A stretch of 64,000 nt of DNA from Vicugna vicugna (taxonomy: Eukaryota), in contig MU058221.1 in assembly GCA_013265495.1 (NCBI GenBank), positions 1 through 64,000 of the forward strand, given 5' to 3'. Shown in pieces: positions 36,441 through 49,502 of this stretch; the stretch's first letter is position 1; every line of letters begins with the position of its first letter. The notes beneath the pieces are model-generated. The model worked only from the letters and a program-made list of their open reading frames with translations, made no database searches and was not told the DNA's origin. A program made the translations under genes and the position numbers.

Positions 36441-38342
36441 ATGAGCCTCAACCCATGGTCCCTGGAAATGCTCTGGATTTCCATGCACCAATGTAATTTT
36501 GGCTCCTGTATCTACTAGTGCCAGTATTCACTGTTTATTTGTGGGGAACCAGTGGGTAGTCAGTTCAATATGTGGCCTTTGGTTGTTGGGGTGCCCCATG
36601 TCTCAAATGTCTTGGTTTTCCTCCTAGTCTGGGAAGAAATCAGCAAAGGCCACCTCTTGGGCCTGATGGGAGGTTGGCAATGGAGTATATTGTTGCTCAG
36701 GCCTTAATTTCTTCCATAAGGCTATCAGAACCTCCAATGGCTGGCCATCTAATTTTATACGGACAAGCCAGCTGCCAGTAAATCATATCATATCTGCTGG
36801 CGATCTAGTTTTTGGGCCCTCCCAAAATTGAAACATTCCCCTTTTTCTTCCTCCGTGTGAATTTCTCCTGAGCCATTGCATGGGAGGAGGTCTTGGATTC
36901 ACCTTGAGTCTTGGCAGTATGCACCCCTTTTTGGTGCACCTTTGTGTCCCCTAGATGAGCCAGAGCCTCAGTTACCTCATGTATGGGACGATCTACATGT
37001 GGTGCTAGTAGTGTCACCATAGTCCCAAATGTTCCTGTTGGGCCATTAGCCAAAATCAAATCCTTCATCTGAGCTGTAAGGAGCTTATCACCTGGACTAC
37101 AGAAATGCAAAGCAAACATCATCTAGTGCATGCCCATTTCTTGGATAATTTGCGCTAAGTCCAAATATGTGGTCCATTTACTCACACGTTCAGGCAAATC
37201 CCTGCATTATCCCACACAGTGCGTACAACAGCCATCAACCAGCTCATCAATGTATGGTTGCCAGTATAATCATTAGGCTGGGGAATAGTTTGCAGCTGTT
37301 GCTACAACGAGGGGACGGTTGTTATGCCAGCTGCTGGCTCACCTTCTTCGGAGATAGCTCAGCCTGGTCAGCTTCATCATCCCAAAGGCATAATAGCCAC
37401 ACAGGGACTGATTCACCCAGATGTTGCTTGAATTGCTTTGTTAGGTTTCGCAATTCCATTGATGTTTAAGGCGCATAGGTGGTTTGTCGCGTCGCCTGCC
37501 GTGGCCCTGTAGGAGTTCCCCCGAGCCAGTTTCACCCATTGCCTCACCACGGGCAGTAGATGCAATAGAATGGGGGTTTTACTGCTTTTGGAGATGGTGA
37601 GACTGGAATTGTGCAGATCTAATTGCTCTGAGGCGGTGGAGCTAGGACCATGTGGGTACCTTTTTGCTGTGCTGAGTTTCTGCTTGAGTTCCTCTTCTTT
37701 GTGCTATAACTGCTCCATTTTTGTCTGCAATTCTCTCATGTTTTGGCTAGCATGCTGCAAAACCGGTAAGAACATTTAGGCCACCCTTTTGGTTGCCTCT
37801 TGGTGGGCTAATGGGACATTATTTTCTAACAATTCTAGTGTCCTCTGGACGTCATCTGGCTGGGGTGCCATTGTGTCCCAATCCTTAGGTTGAGCCCATG
37901 CCAGCAAATAGGTTGCCACCAGGTACCATAGGGAGGTAGGGGGCCATATAGTTTCCATCTGAGTATCCCCGTCAGGGGTAGGGGGGCTCAGAGGGGGCAC
38001 TCAACTCATCCTGCTCACAGTACCAAGTGTCAGCCGAGGAAGGCTGAAGTGGAATTTGAGGTGAGCGGCCCAACCGGAAAAATGCATGAGAAGCCGCCAT
38101 ACCGCGAAACAGATTGCACCAGGAGCTGACATGGAGCGAAACTGCACTTCATTCTCTTGCCACAAGGTGGTGCGCAAGCTCCTTGGCGCACTTGTCCTGC
38201 TTTTACACGTTTTGCCTGCACATGCGCAGTGTCTTTTTTTATTCATGAGGCTTACAGAACACTACTAGCGCATGCGTACTTCTACTTTCTTTGTTCAACA
38301 ACTTATATAACCAGTACCTGTGTACAATCATTATTTACTACA
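36440..38342 (-). mobile_element. Truncated class III (HERV-S-like) ERV: 5' LTR, tRNA-Ser PBS, gag, partial pro
   Basis: LTR ~38028-38342 (TG...CA). PBS 38008-38025 complementary to the tRNA-Ser 3' end with 2 mismatches. Gag motif KQFKQHLGESVPVWLLCLWDDEAD (~37367-37440); protease QRPHIEL...LALVDTGA (LVDTGA at 36501-36518). In-frame stops present. Confidence 0.85.
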
Positions 38343-40354
38343 TACTGCAAGCACGTTGTTGTAACCTTGACCCTGGGCCCCACAGCCTTACTCATTCAAG
38401 GACATCAAAAAGGACTCTGACGTACTCTTCAGACAGAGACTCACCTTCATGCAGCAAACGTGGGGGGTGTGACTCTAAGCCTGTCTCTAAAGCTTCCAGG
38501 AGTCCTTGACCCACGTGTTCTCCTGGCCGTTTGATGTACTTGTTCTGGGTCACGTTTTCTGTTAAACCACATCATTTTCACTTGGGCTAAGAAGCCACGC
38601 TTCCTCAAAGTCTGTGGCATGAGCGCATTTCAAACAGTGGCCCAGAACTTTCTGTCCCATAAAACTACAGTCACGTTGGCTTAAAGTCACATTCTGCACA
38701 GTGAAAAATGTCACTTTTATTCCACTTCCATCCCACGTGGGAACATACCTCTCTCCTCCCTGGTCCCACACGCGCGCACACACGCACGCGCGCACGCGCG
38801 AGTTAGATGCACGCTTGTCCCTGAGTCACTTTTGCCAAGGAAAGCAAGCCCACCTGTTCTGAGGTTGTTTGAAGAAGAGTAAAGGCCCAAGATGCAGATG
38901 GTCTGCACCCAGGTCTGAGTCTGCTTAGAAACTGTGACACTTTAGAAAAGACCACTTTCTGAGCTTCCTTCTGAGAGCCAAATATCAAGGACTTCAGCCC
39001 AGACTGAGAAAGATGTGCAGCCAACTTTCTGAAGCCCTCCCACCTGGCCGGCCCAGAAGCATGGTCCTTGTGGAACTCACTGCCTCCCCTAACCCCAGCC
39101 TCCACACCCTCCAAGCTGAGCCCCTTCCCAGAGAAGGTCCCTGTGTGTGGCCACAGCCAGGAGTGCCCGGGGGCTGGAGGCTCATTTGGGCTCCGGTGGC
39201 ATCCTCATTGCAGCACGTGGAACACACTGAGACCTCTGAAGCACTAGACAGCCCCCAGAGCTCACAAGCCCTGTGGTCAGCTCTGCACTGGGGTGAGCCC
39301 TGGTACTCTGTAAGCCTCAGGGGACAAAGCCAGCATCCCCTCCCCCATGCAGGCTGACACCAGGATCCAATGAGACAGAGCAGAAGGGCACCTGGGCACC
39401 TGCCCATTTCTCAGGAGGGCTCCAGGGGCCATGCCAAATCCTTGCAAGTCGGGGATCCAGACTCAGTTATCTGACTCCAAACCCACATTCCACAGTGTTC
39501 CCAAAACAACTCATAAGCAGCAAGGCCTGAGGGGCTTGTTGATTCTTAATCAGGCAGAAGGTTAATATTTTCCCCCACAAACTTGCTGGGTGCCCTGAGC
39601 CCCGATGCCCACTCTGTGCAGCTGGGAGTGTAATACAGGAGAGTCAAGCAGTTTTGCGCTTCAAAGTTCTGAAAGTTCTTTCAAGGTTCTAAAACTTCCA
39701 CCCTGGGAATTACATTTATGACAAATTTCTTTAAGAAGTGGAAAGGCAGTGCAGAGAGTGAGCATACTTACTGGAAAAGCTCCAGGAATGCCCACGGCTC
39801 TTATATCGGCCAAGATCACACCCAAGTGTCAATAGAGGAATCTCACGTGGTTCCTTCCCTTGAAAAGAAAAACAAAAGTAAAATAATAACACGCCCTCCC
39901 CCTCAACCCACCAAACTCCTTCTAGCTCCTGCTCTTTGCTTGTTTGCGTCTTTGAATGGACTCCGCGGCCCACCTGGCCCAGGCGATGGTGGGGGCTGCT
40001 CCTGCTCCTCGCGCCTGCTGCACGTCAGTCCCGCCTACAACACTGCCCTCCCAGAGGGGCCCCGACCCCTCACCACACAGTCCTCAGCCCGGGGCAGGCC
40101 GACCTCCTGACGTGGCTCCCACAGGCTGAAATAGTAGCCGGCCGGGCCGTGCTTGTTTTTCGGTGTCAGGCTCTAAAAAGACTGACAAAGAAGGAAAGAA
40201 AGAGAGACGAGGGGTGGGGAGAGCGTAGCCCCATCTCCCTAACTCCCCACCAACACCCCAGAGGCCGCAGCTCTTTCTTCACTGGTAAATATCTGGCCTG
40301 CTCAAGTTTTGATTTGGGGTTGTTGCTGAGTCCAAACTCATTCTGCTCACCGCA

Positions 40355-40745
40355 CGACAGGCCAGTAAATGGGGAGACAAGGTGCTGGGGCAAGGAATAG
40401 TGACTTTATTTGGAAAGCCAGCAGACAGAGAGGACTAATTTTGGAGAACCATCCTGGTCCAGTCAGAATACAGGCTCCTTTTATACAAAAAAACAGGGGA
40501 GCGGGTGTGGTAGGTCGTTGCAAACTTCTTGCTGCAGGAATTCTTTGTTCCTGCAGCTGTCCGCATGAGCCAGCTCATGGTGCTCCTGTAAAATCTCCAA
40601 CAAAACAAATGTTATTCTCTATTCTGCAACTTTGTTCTCTTCACGTGAGTGCAGAGCTAGTGAGACTAAGCCTAGGAAACAGGGCACAGCAGTTAAAGCT
40701 AAAGGAACAGATTTAATACAATCAGTTTTGTTCTTTACTATTACA
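40355..40745 (-). mobile_element. Solo LTR
   Basis: gagacaaggtgctggggcaaggaatagtgactttatttgg (AATAAA on minus), cttttata TATA on minus, ends ...ttaca. Confidence 0.6.
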
Positions 40746-41374
40746 GGGTGACTAAGATAAATGCAGCCGTCTGCCGTTCTTTTAAAGATCACACAAGAGT
40801 TTCAGGTTTGGGCACTAAGTTTGTGGTGATCTCTCACGAGGTGATGGAAGGTGCTTGAGGAAGTCGGTCCCTGCAGAGGCCCCATCCCAGGGTCTTGGCC
40901 GGCTCAGAGCCTCCCTTATTTCTGCCACAGATGTTCAAGCCGAGCGCTGAGCTCTGGGATGCTGACCCCTCCCTTCTTCCCAAAGAAATCCTGCCTGTTC
41001 TTTAAGGATTAGATCATGTGTTCTCTGCTGCTTTAAACTCTTTGCAGCTTCAAACCAGAAAAACAATCCTTGCTTCCTTGGGACAGAGGCTCTGATTTCC
41101 TCCACCAACCAGAGGTGCCCTGTAGGGCAGAGATGCTAACTTAAATCTTTGTGCACAAGCAGAGCACATTTGCTGAAAAAAATGCACCTGGCTACAACTA
41201 TTTTTTTTTAACGAGGTATTAAATTCTGACATTATAGTTACTGGTACCAGTTTACCAGTGTCTTATTTTTCCAGCTAATCATAAACTGCTCCAGGAGAGA
41301 TTGTTTTGTTCAACGTTATAATATCTACCTCATCCTCCATCAACCTTTGTTGAAAGGAATAAAATAGATAAGCA

Positions 41375-41525
41375 AGAAGGATATATTATATAGTACAGGG
41401 AATTACAGCCATTATCTCGTAATAACTTTCAATGGAGTATGATCAGCAAAAATACTGAATCACTATGCTGTATACCTAAAACTAATACAATGATAAAAAA
41501 TCAACTATATTTCAATTTAAAAATA
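41375..41525 (+). mobile_element. L1 3' tail
   Basis: gaatcactatgctgtatacctaaaactaatacaat...tcaactatatttcaatttaaaa. Confidence 0.75.
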
Positions 41526-42326
41526 GAGGCCGAGACGAAGATGGATGATGTTAAGATAAAGCCTAGGGGAGTGGGATGATTCCCGCACTTGTTGCCAACG
41601 GACTGAAACTACAAGGATGGGAATCCAGATTCAGAAACACTGATTTAACAAGATTTGGGAAAGAGGTATTTGTGACCGTTCAATCTTAAGACAGCCTCCA
41701 AACCCTTATTGCTAAGAGTGGGCTGCTAAAATAATAGAACTCCAGCAGAGAAACTCTCCCAGCCATCCTCTCAGGTATGATGACAAAGTCAATGAACAGA
41801 GGAAATTCAACAGGAAGGCTTTGGAGCATCCAGAGAGGCAGACAAAGGAGCCCACTGCGCCGCAAGAGCAGGGTGCCAACAGACGGACAGAATTCATTAC
41901 TCCTGCCTGTCAGGCTGGAGGATGCTCCTTCCTCCTCTGCAACTCATTTCCAAAAGCGGTTCAGCCTTGCCTCTCTACCTTCCTTACCAACGTCCCCTCT
42001 CCGTATGAGGCCATCATATTATGTCTGCCCTCGGGTAATCATCTATTCCTCTATCTGCTTAACAATCACTCAAATACACTGTAGCCATAACATATGCACA
42101 CAGAAAGTGAAACATTACGTAGAGGTCTGATCACATCTCATCACGTAGGGGCCATTTCTCCATTCTCCAGTTTCTCCATTGCTCACAGTTCTCCAGTTAC
42201 TTGAAGGGCCTGGCAAAAAACAAAAAACAAACAAACAAAACCATACCCATCTATATAAAAGGGCTGCTGTTTAAGGTAAGTGTAACAGCAGAGATGAACA
42301 TGAAACAAAAAAGATTTTATGTAACA

Positions 42327-42332
42327 TTTATT
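42327..42332 (-). terminator. EVA1A: Probable EVA1A poly(A) signal
   Basis: AATAAA on minus ~860 nt after the stop codon, with a downstream T/GT-rich tract; further AATAAA at 42355-42360 and 42487-42492. Confidence 0.55.
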
Positions 42333-43192
42333 TTTCACCCCAACCTAATTTGGCTTTATTCCTTACCTCCCATTCCCATTCTTCTCTTAAAAATCCAAAA
42401 ATATTTTTTAACAAAATGTTTAAAATCATAATTATCTAGAGTCATCACAAAATTTTTTTCTCTCCAAAAGGGGGAAAAACACAGCTTTTATTCTTGTGCA
42501 GCATTTTCAAGTATGTATCTTAATATATTCTTTATAAGCTATTTAACATAAAACCCTTCATCTTTTGAGGTTATTTACACTTTTCTATTTCACTGACACA
42601 TCTCTAATACATTATTAATTTTCATGAGAAGTGGGAACTGTAATTAAAAATATAGGATTTTAATCCCTGAGGTGCCAGTTAAAATGGACGAGGTTGTCAC
42701 TGCAACACGAGATTTAAAGAATCAGACTTAAATAATATGCATGGATCATGCTGTGTGGATCAAAATCATCTCCATAGCATGGAGTCATTAAGAAAATTGC
42801 ATTCACTGGGTTAAGTCAACCCTGCTCTTCCTCGCACTCATGTTATATTTCCTTTTGTAAAGAAATAACATATAACAGTGAAGTCTGCAGAAGCTTCTGA
42901 GATCCTCAGAATTCAAAGAGAACCACAGTTGTTTTTCTGATCTCCATGCACATTGTTGGTGAGGGTTTTCAGCACCATTACAAGACCTGGAGAGATGAAC
43001 CACCTCCGCTTTTCTACTTCTCCCTTAAGTTTAGTCAGAAGAGAGAAGCCAGTCCTCCTGGCTGGAAAATGGGAGTGTCCTGCTTGCCTCTGGCCAGAGT
43101 AGCAGAACTGCGCGCAGCCCTTTGCGCTCACCGCCCCTGTGGACCCTTCTCTTCCAGGAGGCTTCCAGGGCGGTGCGGGTCCCTGTCTGCCC

Positions 43193-43563
43193 CTAGTAGT
43201 AGCGGTTCAGGCTCCTGGTGCCGGGGACCTCAGGCTGGCCATTCATCCAGATCTCCCTGATGATGCGTTCCCGCTCCTCTAGCCGCTGGGCGCGCTCCAG
43301 CTCCTCTGCCGAGGTGAAGACGTTCTTGTTCAAAGTCCTCTCGAAGCGGCGGTGTCTCCTGACCGAGGCATCGGATGCCGCGTCTGAGCTGCCGTCCTCG
43401 CTGTCGCTGCAGTCGCTGCTTTCTCCGTCCTGCACGAACTTCTTCTGGGGATGCTGCCGGCAGTCTGTGTGGCAAGAGATCCTGATCACCAAGGCAGCCA
43501 GAGTGAGGACCAGCCCAATGCACACGCCAGAGACAAAGTACAGAGCTGCCCGCTCAGGATTCT
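43193..43563 (-). CDS. EVA1A: EVA1A (TMEM166/FAM176A) last coding exon
   Basis: (E)NPERAALYFVSGVCIGLVLTLAALVIRISC...VFTSAEELERAQRLEERERIIREIWMNGQPEVPGTRSLNRYY*; pyrimidine-rich acceptor ...cttcctccag, phase 1. Confidence 0.98.
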
Positions 43564-43919
43564 CTGGAGGAAGAGGAGGAGACAGAAGGGAACATCCGAG
43601 AGATGAGAACTACATATGCAGAGAGCAAATATGATTCCAGAACAGGGCGCACGCCTCTCACCAGACCCCAAAGCTTTTGTGGTTACAAATATTGCCTTCC
43701 CTTGTGACAAATTACATAATGTATTCAAAATGTAATTTTCAACAAATGGCAAATGTGGGTAAAGAGTGTATGGAATTCTTTTACTATTAAAAAAAGAAAA
43801 AAATATTATTTAGTATCTATGAGAAGTAACTGTGTGTAGATGCCAATTGCTTATACCAGAAAAATCGTTGCCTCTGAATTTGCTCCTGCAACCCCTTGAA
43901 TTACCTTTTAGTCATAAAT

Positions 43920-45047
43920 TGTAGGCAACTTCTAAGATGATTCTCACCTCTTGGTATTCATACTCTCGTGCAAGCCCTTCCTTTCCAGGGCTGGACCTAG
44001 TGACTTATTTCCAACAAAAATGATAGATGACCTGAAGCTTAGGTAACCTAAGCCTGACTTCCAACTTACTCATGAGCTCTCTAACTTTTCTCACTTGCTT
44101 GCTCTGATTCAGTCAGTTCCCATGCTATGAGCTGGGCTACAGAGAGACCCACAAAGTGAGGAATTAAGAGTGGCCTCTTATTAATAGTCTTCAAAGAACT
44201 GGATTGTACCAACAGCCATGTAAGTGAGCTTGGAAGTGCATGAATATGTGTCTGTGTATTTGCAATTTTATTTTGCCTAGCTAGATTTTAAGTATCCTAT
44301 ACCTCATTGAGATTACTTTTGCAATAAGTAATGGTACTTTACTGGAATTTAACATTTTGAAGCAAGTCGTTCCCTGTTGGAGCCTTGAGGTGTCCAGAAC
44401 CTTGGCTTTGCAGCAACCTTGTGGGACACCTTGAATCAGAGAATCCAGCTATGCCAAGTACAGACTCCTAACCTCCAGAAACTGGGCGATAATTAATATG
44501 TGTTTTTGTTTTGGGGGTAGAGATGGTCCCCAACTTATAAGGGCTAGATTTAACAATTTTTCAACTTTACAATGGAGTCTAAGCAATATGCATCCAAGCA
44601 GAAACCATGCTTCTAATTCTGAATTTTGACCTTTCCCTGTGCTAACAACATGCAACACAATCCTCTCTCCTGATGCTGGGCAGAGGCAGTGATTTGTACC
44701 CCCAGTCTGCCACACGATCAACCAACACACTTAGAACCATTCTGAGCCTAGGCAGCCATTCTGTTTTTCACTTCCAGTACAGCCGTCAATAAATTCCATG
44801 AAACGGTAAACATTTTATTATAAAATAGGCTTTGCGTTAGGTGGTTTTGCCCAACTGCAAACTAATTTAAGTGTTGTGAACACATTTAAGGTAGACTAGG
44901 CTAAGCCACTATGTTCCACAGGTTAGGGGTATTAAATGCATTTTTGACTAAGGATGTATTTAGCTTACAATGGGTTTATTGGGACCTAGTCCCATTGTAA
45001 ATTGAGGAAGATCTGCAGTTTGTTATGCAGCAATAGCTAACATACAG
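43920..45047 (+). mobile_element. MLT1 (MaLR) LTR with nested insertions
   Basis: aacagccatgtaagtgagcttggaag; ends tttgttatgcagcaatagctaacataca. Confidence 0.75.
44520..45015 (+). mobile_element. MER47/Tigger-type MITE nested in MLT1
   Basis: TIR-like agatggtccccaactta...tgtaaattgaggaagatctg; internal aaggtagactaggctaagc. Confidence 0.8.
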
Positions 45048-45779
45048 TCACAGATTGAAAGCTAGGGTAGGCATTTTTGAATCACCTCATGAGGTTAATT
45101 GATAGGGGAGTTATTTAAGCCCTGCCTTGGTGAGAGAAGAAAATAACCTTTCTGTTGATGATCACTGGGCGTAGCGGGTCCAGTGGTGATCGTTGTATGA
45201 TGTGCTCAATAGAATGAGAGCCTCTGAGGGAACAGATCCCCCTTTCTAGTTATGCTGAGTACGCTGAAATATGCCTGGCCTTGGGTCAGAGGGCATGGTC
45301 AATCCAACAGGACTCAAGACTGACATCAGCAAATCGGTCCATAATCTATATTCACTTGTAAGTATGAATCAAAATATATAGTTTTGTGGGGTTTTCAGGA
45401 ATATAAGTGGGATCATATATGACTCATATTTGCTTTTTAAATTTAAAAATATGTCTTAGAGAGATTTCAGGATTTGTCAACAGCATTCTTTTTGACTGCT
45501 GGGTATTATTCTGCAATACAGACATCAAAGTATATATAACCTTTTCCTTGTTGATGGCATATAAATTGTTTCCAATTTTTTACTATTATGATCAGTGCTA
45601 GAGTCAATATCATTATGTCCTTGTATACATCTCTTTATGCGGATGCAGAATTAATTATGCAGTTTATTTATTTAAAAATAGAACAGCTGCGTCAAAGGGC
45701 ACAGGAATTTTGAAGTTTTATACATTCCAAATTGTACCCAAAAAGGTTCTGTCAATCTGAACACAGCATGTTGAACGTG

Positions 45780-48700
45780 TGTGTTTATGATCCCCCTTTC
45801 TCTCTGAAACCCCCACTGAAATGACAGTGATGTGAATAAAATAGATATAAATTATAGGTACAAAGAAAAGACTAGAGAAGGAAATAGAAAACACAAATAG
45901 TCAAAATAAGAGTAGTCAAAAATAGAAACACAGTGACAGGGGAGTGGTGTCAACATCATGGGGGTGTAAGACATCCTTACTGTTTGTCTTCCCTTTTAAA
46001 AAGATTAATTAGGGCTATATGCACAAACAAGAGTGCCCCTGTGGGAGTGTGTGATCTAATAACATACATCAAGGAACTGGGGAGGAGTCTCGCCTACCTG
46101 TTCCTCTAGTAATAGACAGACCTTGGTTTGGGCTGCAGAATCAACAGAGCCAGCAAACCTGCCCCAACACCTCCCAGTCATGACTGGGGAAAAGCCGGAT
46201 AGTGCTGATTTGGGCAAATACCCACTGATGAGAGAGAACCTGTAAAAGCACAGCCCCCTAGGGGTGACTAGAGCACCACTGGAGGGAAACACACACACAC
46301 ACGAGTCTGGATGCAGCAGAGAGGGTGAGGGAGTTTTCCAGTTCTTCCCCTTCCCACAAATTGACACAGTAAGAGACCGAACTCTCCCGTGGTGACCTCT
46401 CCACAGGCAAAAAGGAGAGTAGTGTGTGAGTGCCCAGCTACCCTAGCAGTGCTGGATGCTAAAAGAGAAACTGACTTCTCTCCAGCAATACTCAGAGTAC
46501 TTGAAGGAGAGCCTCCATGATTAGGGGCAAGGAGGTGATCAGGAAAGGCTGATAAGAATATCAGAAGGCATTAAAGGGACATGATTCCTGCTGTCTGTGC
46601 TCAGGGCTTCAACAGGAAATCCACTTAAGAGCTTCTGGGAGGATCTCAGCCCAGGGTCTCCCCACCAGCTGGTGGGGACCCCTAATGCCCCAAGTGCTAA
46701 ACCCACACCTCCCCTCCCTCTGCAGTGCCACCTTGAGCACACTCAGAGACTGGCAGCAAGAGTTAGTAGGGGAAACGGAGTGTTATCAGAAAAACAGACC
46801 AGATCTGTGGGCAAGACAGAAAATACAGATGAGCTATAGCACTACCTTCTGGAAAACGAGAGAGGTTTCCAGCAGCCAGTCAGGTGAGTTATAACCAGGG
46901 AAGACATAAAAGCTTAAGAATTCTGCTACAAGAGGGAGCAAGGAAGGTGGAGTGTATACACACAGGGTCAGAGAGAACTCCAGACAAAAGAGGACCAGCA
47001 AACAACATACCCTCTCTGAAGGCAATTAGTAAAGACTTGAGGAGGTGGATGCTGCTCAAAGGCAAAGCCAGCAATGCAGAACTACAAGAAGGAGGAAAAA
47101 TCAAGAAAACATGACATGACAAAAAGATAAAACTCCTGGAATAACTGAGCTCGAAAGCATAAAATCGTATAGTCCAGTGGATAAAGAATTCGAAATAGCT
47201 GTTTTCAGAAAACAATGAGCTACAAGAAACACAGAAGACAGTTCAATGAAATCAGGGGGAACAATACATGTACAAAATGAGAAAAAATTTAGTGAAAAGT
47301 TAGAAGCCAGAAAAAAGAATCAAATTCTGGAACTGAAGAATTCCATGAGTGAAATGAAAAATGCAACAGGAGAATCTGCTGCAGGGTAGATCAGGACATA
47401 ATAAGCAACCAGGAAGCTAGCAAAAAAAATTTTTTTTCTGCAGGACAAACCAGATATTTTTATTCTCATTTTTCCTTAAAATAAATATACAGTAGAATTT
47501 TTACAATTCAGTATGATTAGACATGATTTATAATTTTAACTTTAAAAAAAAAACAAATGACAACAGAAACAAAGAACTAGTACAAATTATAAAACTACTA
47601 GAATAAAGAGAAACTACATTTCTGATCAAAACATGTGCCACAGCTAAACTCAGGGAGACAGTAATTTTGAAATAACCCAATCAAAGGTGAACAGAGAAAA
47701 AAGAATTAAAAAAAAAAAGTGAAGAAAGTACATGACCTAAAGGAGTCAATCAAATGTACACAGTACAAATTTAGCTGGAGTCCAGGAGAAGAGAGGGGCA
47801 GAAGTTTCTTTAAAGAAATAATAGCTGAGAACTTCACAAATCTGGGAAAGACTTAGAAACCCAAGCTCACAAAGCTAATAGATCACCCTACTATCTCAAT
47901 GCAAAAGACTCCCAAGAACATTATAATGAAATTGTTAAAAAATCAAAGAAAAAGAGAGAATAAAAAAAAAGCCAGAGGAAAAAAGACAGTAACTTACGAA
48001 GGAAACCCCATTAGGCTACGTGAAGATTTTTCAGTAGTCACTCTACAGGCCAGGAGATAGCAGAATGACAACTCAAAGTGTTGAAAGCAAAAAAAAATTG
48101 CCAACCCAGAATACTCTATCTGGAAAAGTTATCCTTCAGATATGAAGGAGAAATAAAGACTTCATCCGAGAAACAGAAGCTGAGGGGGTTCTTCACCACT
48201 AGAGCTGCCTTGCAAGAAATGCTGAAAGGATTTCTTCCAGCTGAAATGAAAAGATGCTAGATAGTGACATAGAAACATGTTGAAATATACAACATGCTGG
48301 TAAAGGCAAATGATTTAGAAAACTCTAATTCTGTAACAGGATGGTGTGTTAACCACTTACCTGAAGTATAAAGACGAAAGGAATGAGTATTAGACATAAC
48401 TGTAACTACTGTAATCCGTTAAAGAAAACACAGTATAAAAAGAAGTGAACTGTGACATCAGAAATGTAAAGGGGGGAATGGAAGGGTGGAGCCTTTGTAT
48501 GTGATCAAAAGCTTTCAATCTTTTACCAATGAGTATGGTATTAGCTTCAGGCTTGTCCTATATTGCCTTTATTATATTGAGTTATGTCCCTTTTATGCCC
48601 AATTTGTTGAGGGTTTATCATGAAAGAAAGTTGCATTTTGTCAAATGCTTTTTTTGCATACACTGAGATGATCAAGGAAACAGAAGGAGATGCAGTCACT

Positions 48701-49410
48701 ACCTTGAAGACATGTTCGTGGCAGCATTATTCGTGATAACCAAGATATGAGAACAACTTAAGTGTCCATCAACAGATGAATGGATAAAGAAGATGTGATA
48801 TATATATTGCAATCTTATTCAGCCACTAGAAAGGAGATCCTGCCATTTACAACACGGATGGATCCTGCCATTTACAACACGGATGGACATTAAATGAAAT
48901 GTCAGACAGAGAAAGACAAACAACGTATGATGTCAGTAACATGGGATCTAAAAACGTTTACTTTTTTTTTAAATTGAGGTATAGTCAGTTTACAATGCTG
49001 TCTCAATTTCTGGCGCACAGCACAACTCTTCTGTCATACATGAGCATATATATATATTCATTTTCTTATTCTTAAAAAAGTTTACTTATAAACAGAGTAG
49101 AATGCTGACTACCAGGGGCTCGGGGGTGGGGGATATGCTGTTGAAAGGTACATGTTAGCAACTAGTAGATAAATACGTCCTGGGGACCTAATGCCCAGCA
49201 GAGCCAATAGACACTAGCATTGTATTACAGACTTCAAAGTTGCTGAGAGACTAGATCGTGACTGTTCTCATCACACACACAAAAAGGAGACAATAATTAC
49301 GTGATGTGAGAGCGGTGTTAACTAATGTGTGATGGTGATCATACTGTTTTACAGAAACGTATCAAATCAACATGTTGTCACCTTAAATCTATATGATGTT
49401 CTATGTCTAT
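45780..49410 (+). mobile_element. Old L1: 5'UTR and ORF1, short inverted ORF2 piece, 3' end
   Basis: ORF1 C-terminus CQPRILYLEKLSFRYEGEIKTSSEKQKLRGF (48078-48260); inverted piece ~48510-48675; 3'UTR to ~49410. Confidence 0.85.
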
Positions 49411-49417
49411 TATATCT

Positions 49418-49502
49418 GGAAGGAGGGAAGGGAGGGAGGAAGGGAGGAAGGAAGGAAGGGAGGAAGGAAGGAAGGAAGGAAGGAAGGAAGGAAGGAAGGA
49501 GG
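49418..49502 (+). repeat. (GGAA/GGAG)n microsatellite at the L1 tail
   Basis: Seen directly. Confidence 0.95.

Noticed and set aside
41540..41650. Possible C/D box snoRNA (ATGAT...CTGA)
   Set aside because: Box C is imperfect, there is no terminal stem, and it is not in a supported intron.
43218..43634. Overlapping ORFs 43218-43634 (+) and 43230-43523 (-)
   Set aside because: Antisense or alternate-frame shadows of the GC-rich EVA1A exon.
45158..45190. Hairpin atcactgggc...gtccagtggt
   Set aside because: Only ~10 bp with two G-U pairs; too short for a pre-miRNA and expected by chance.
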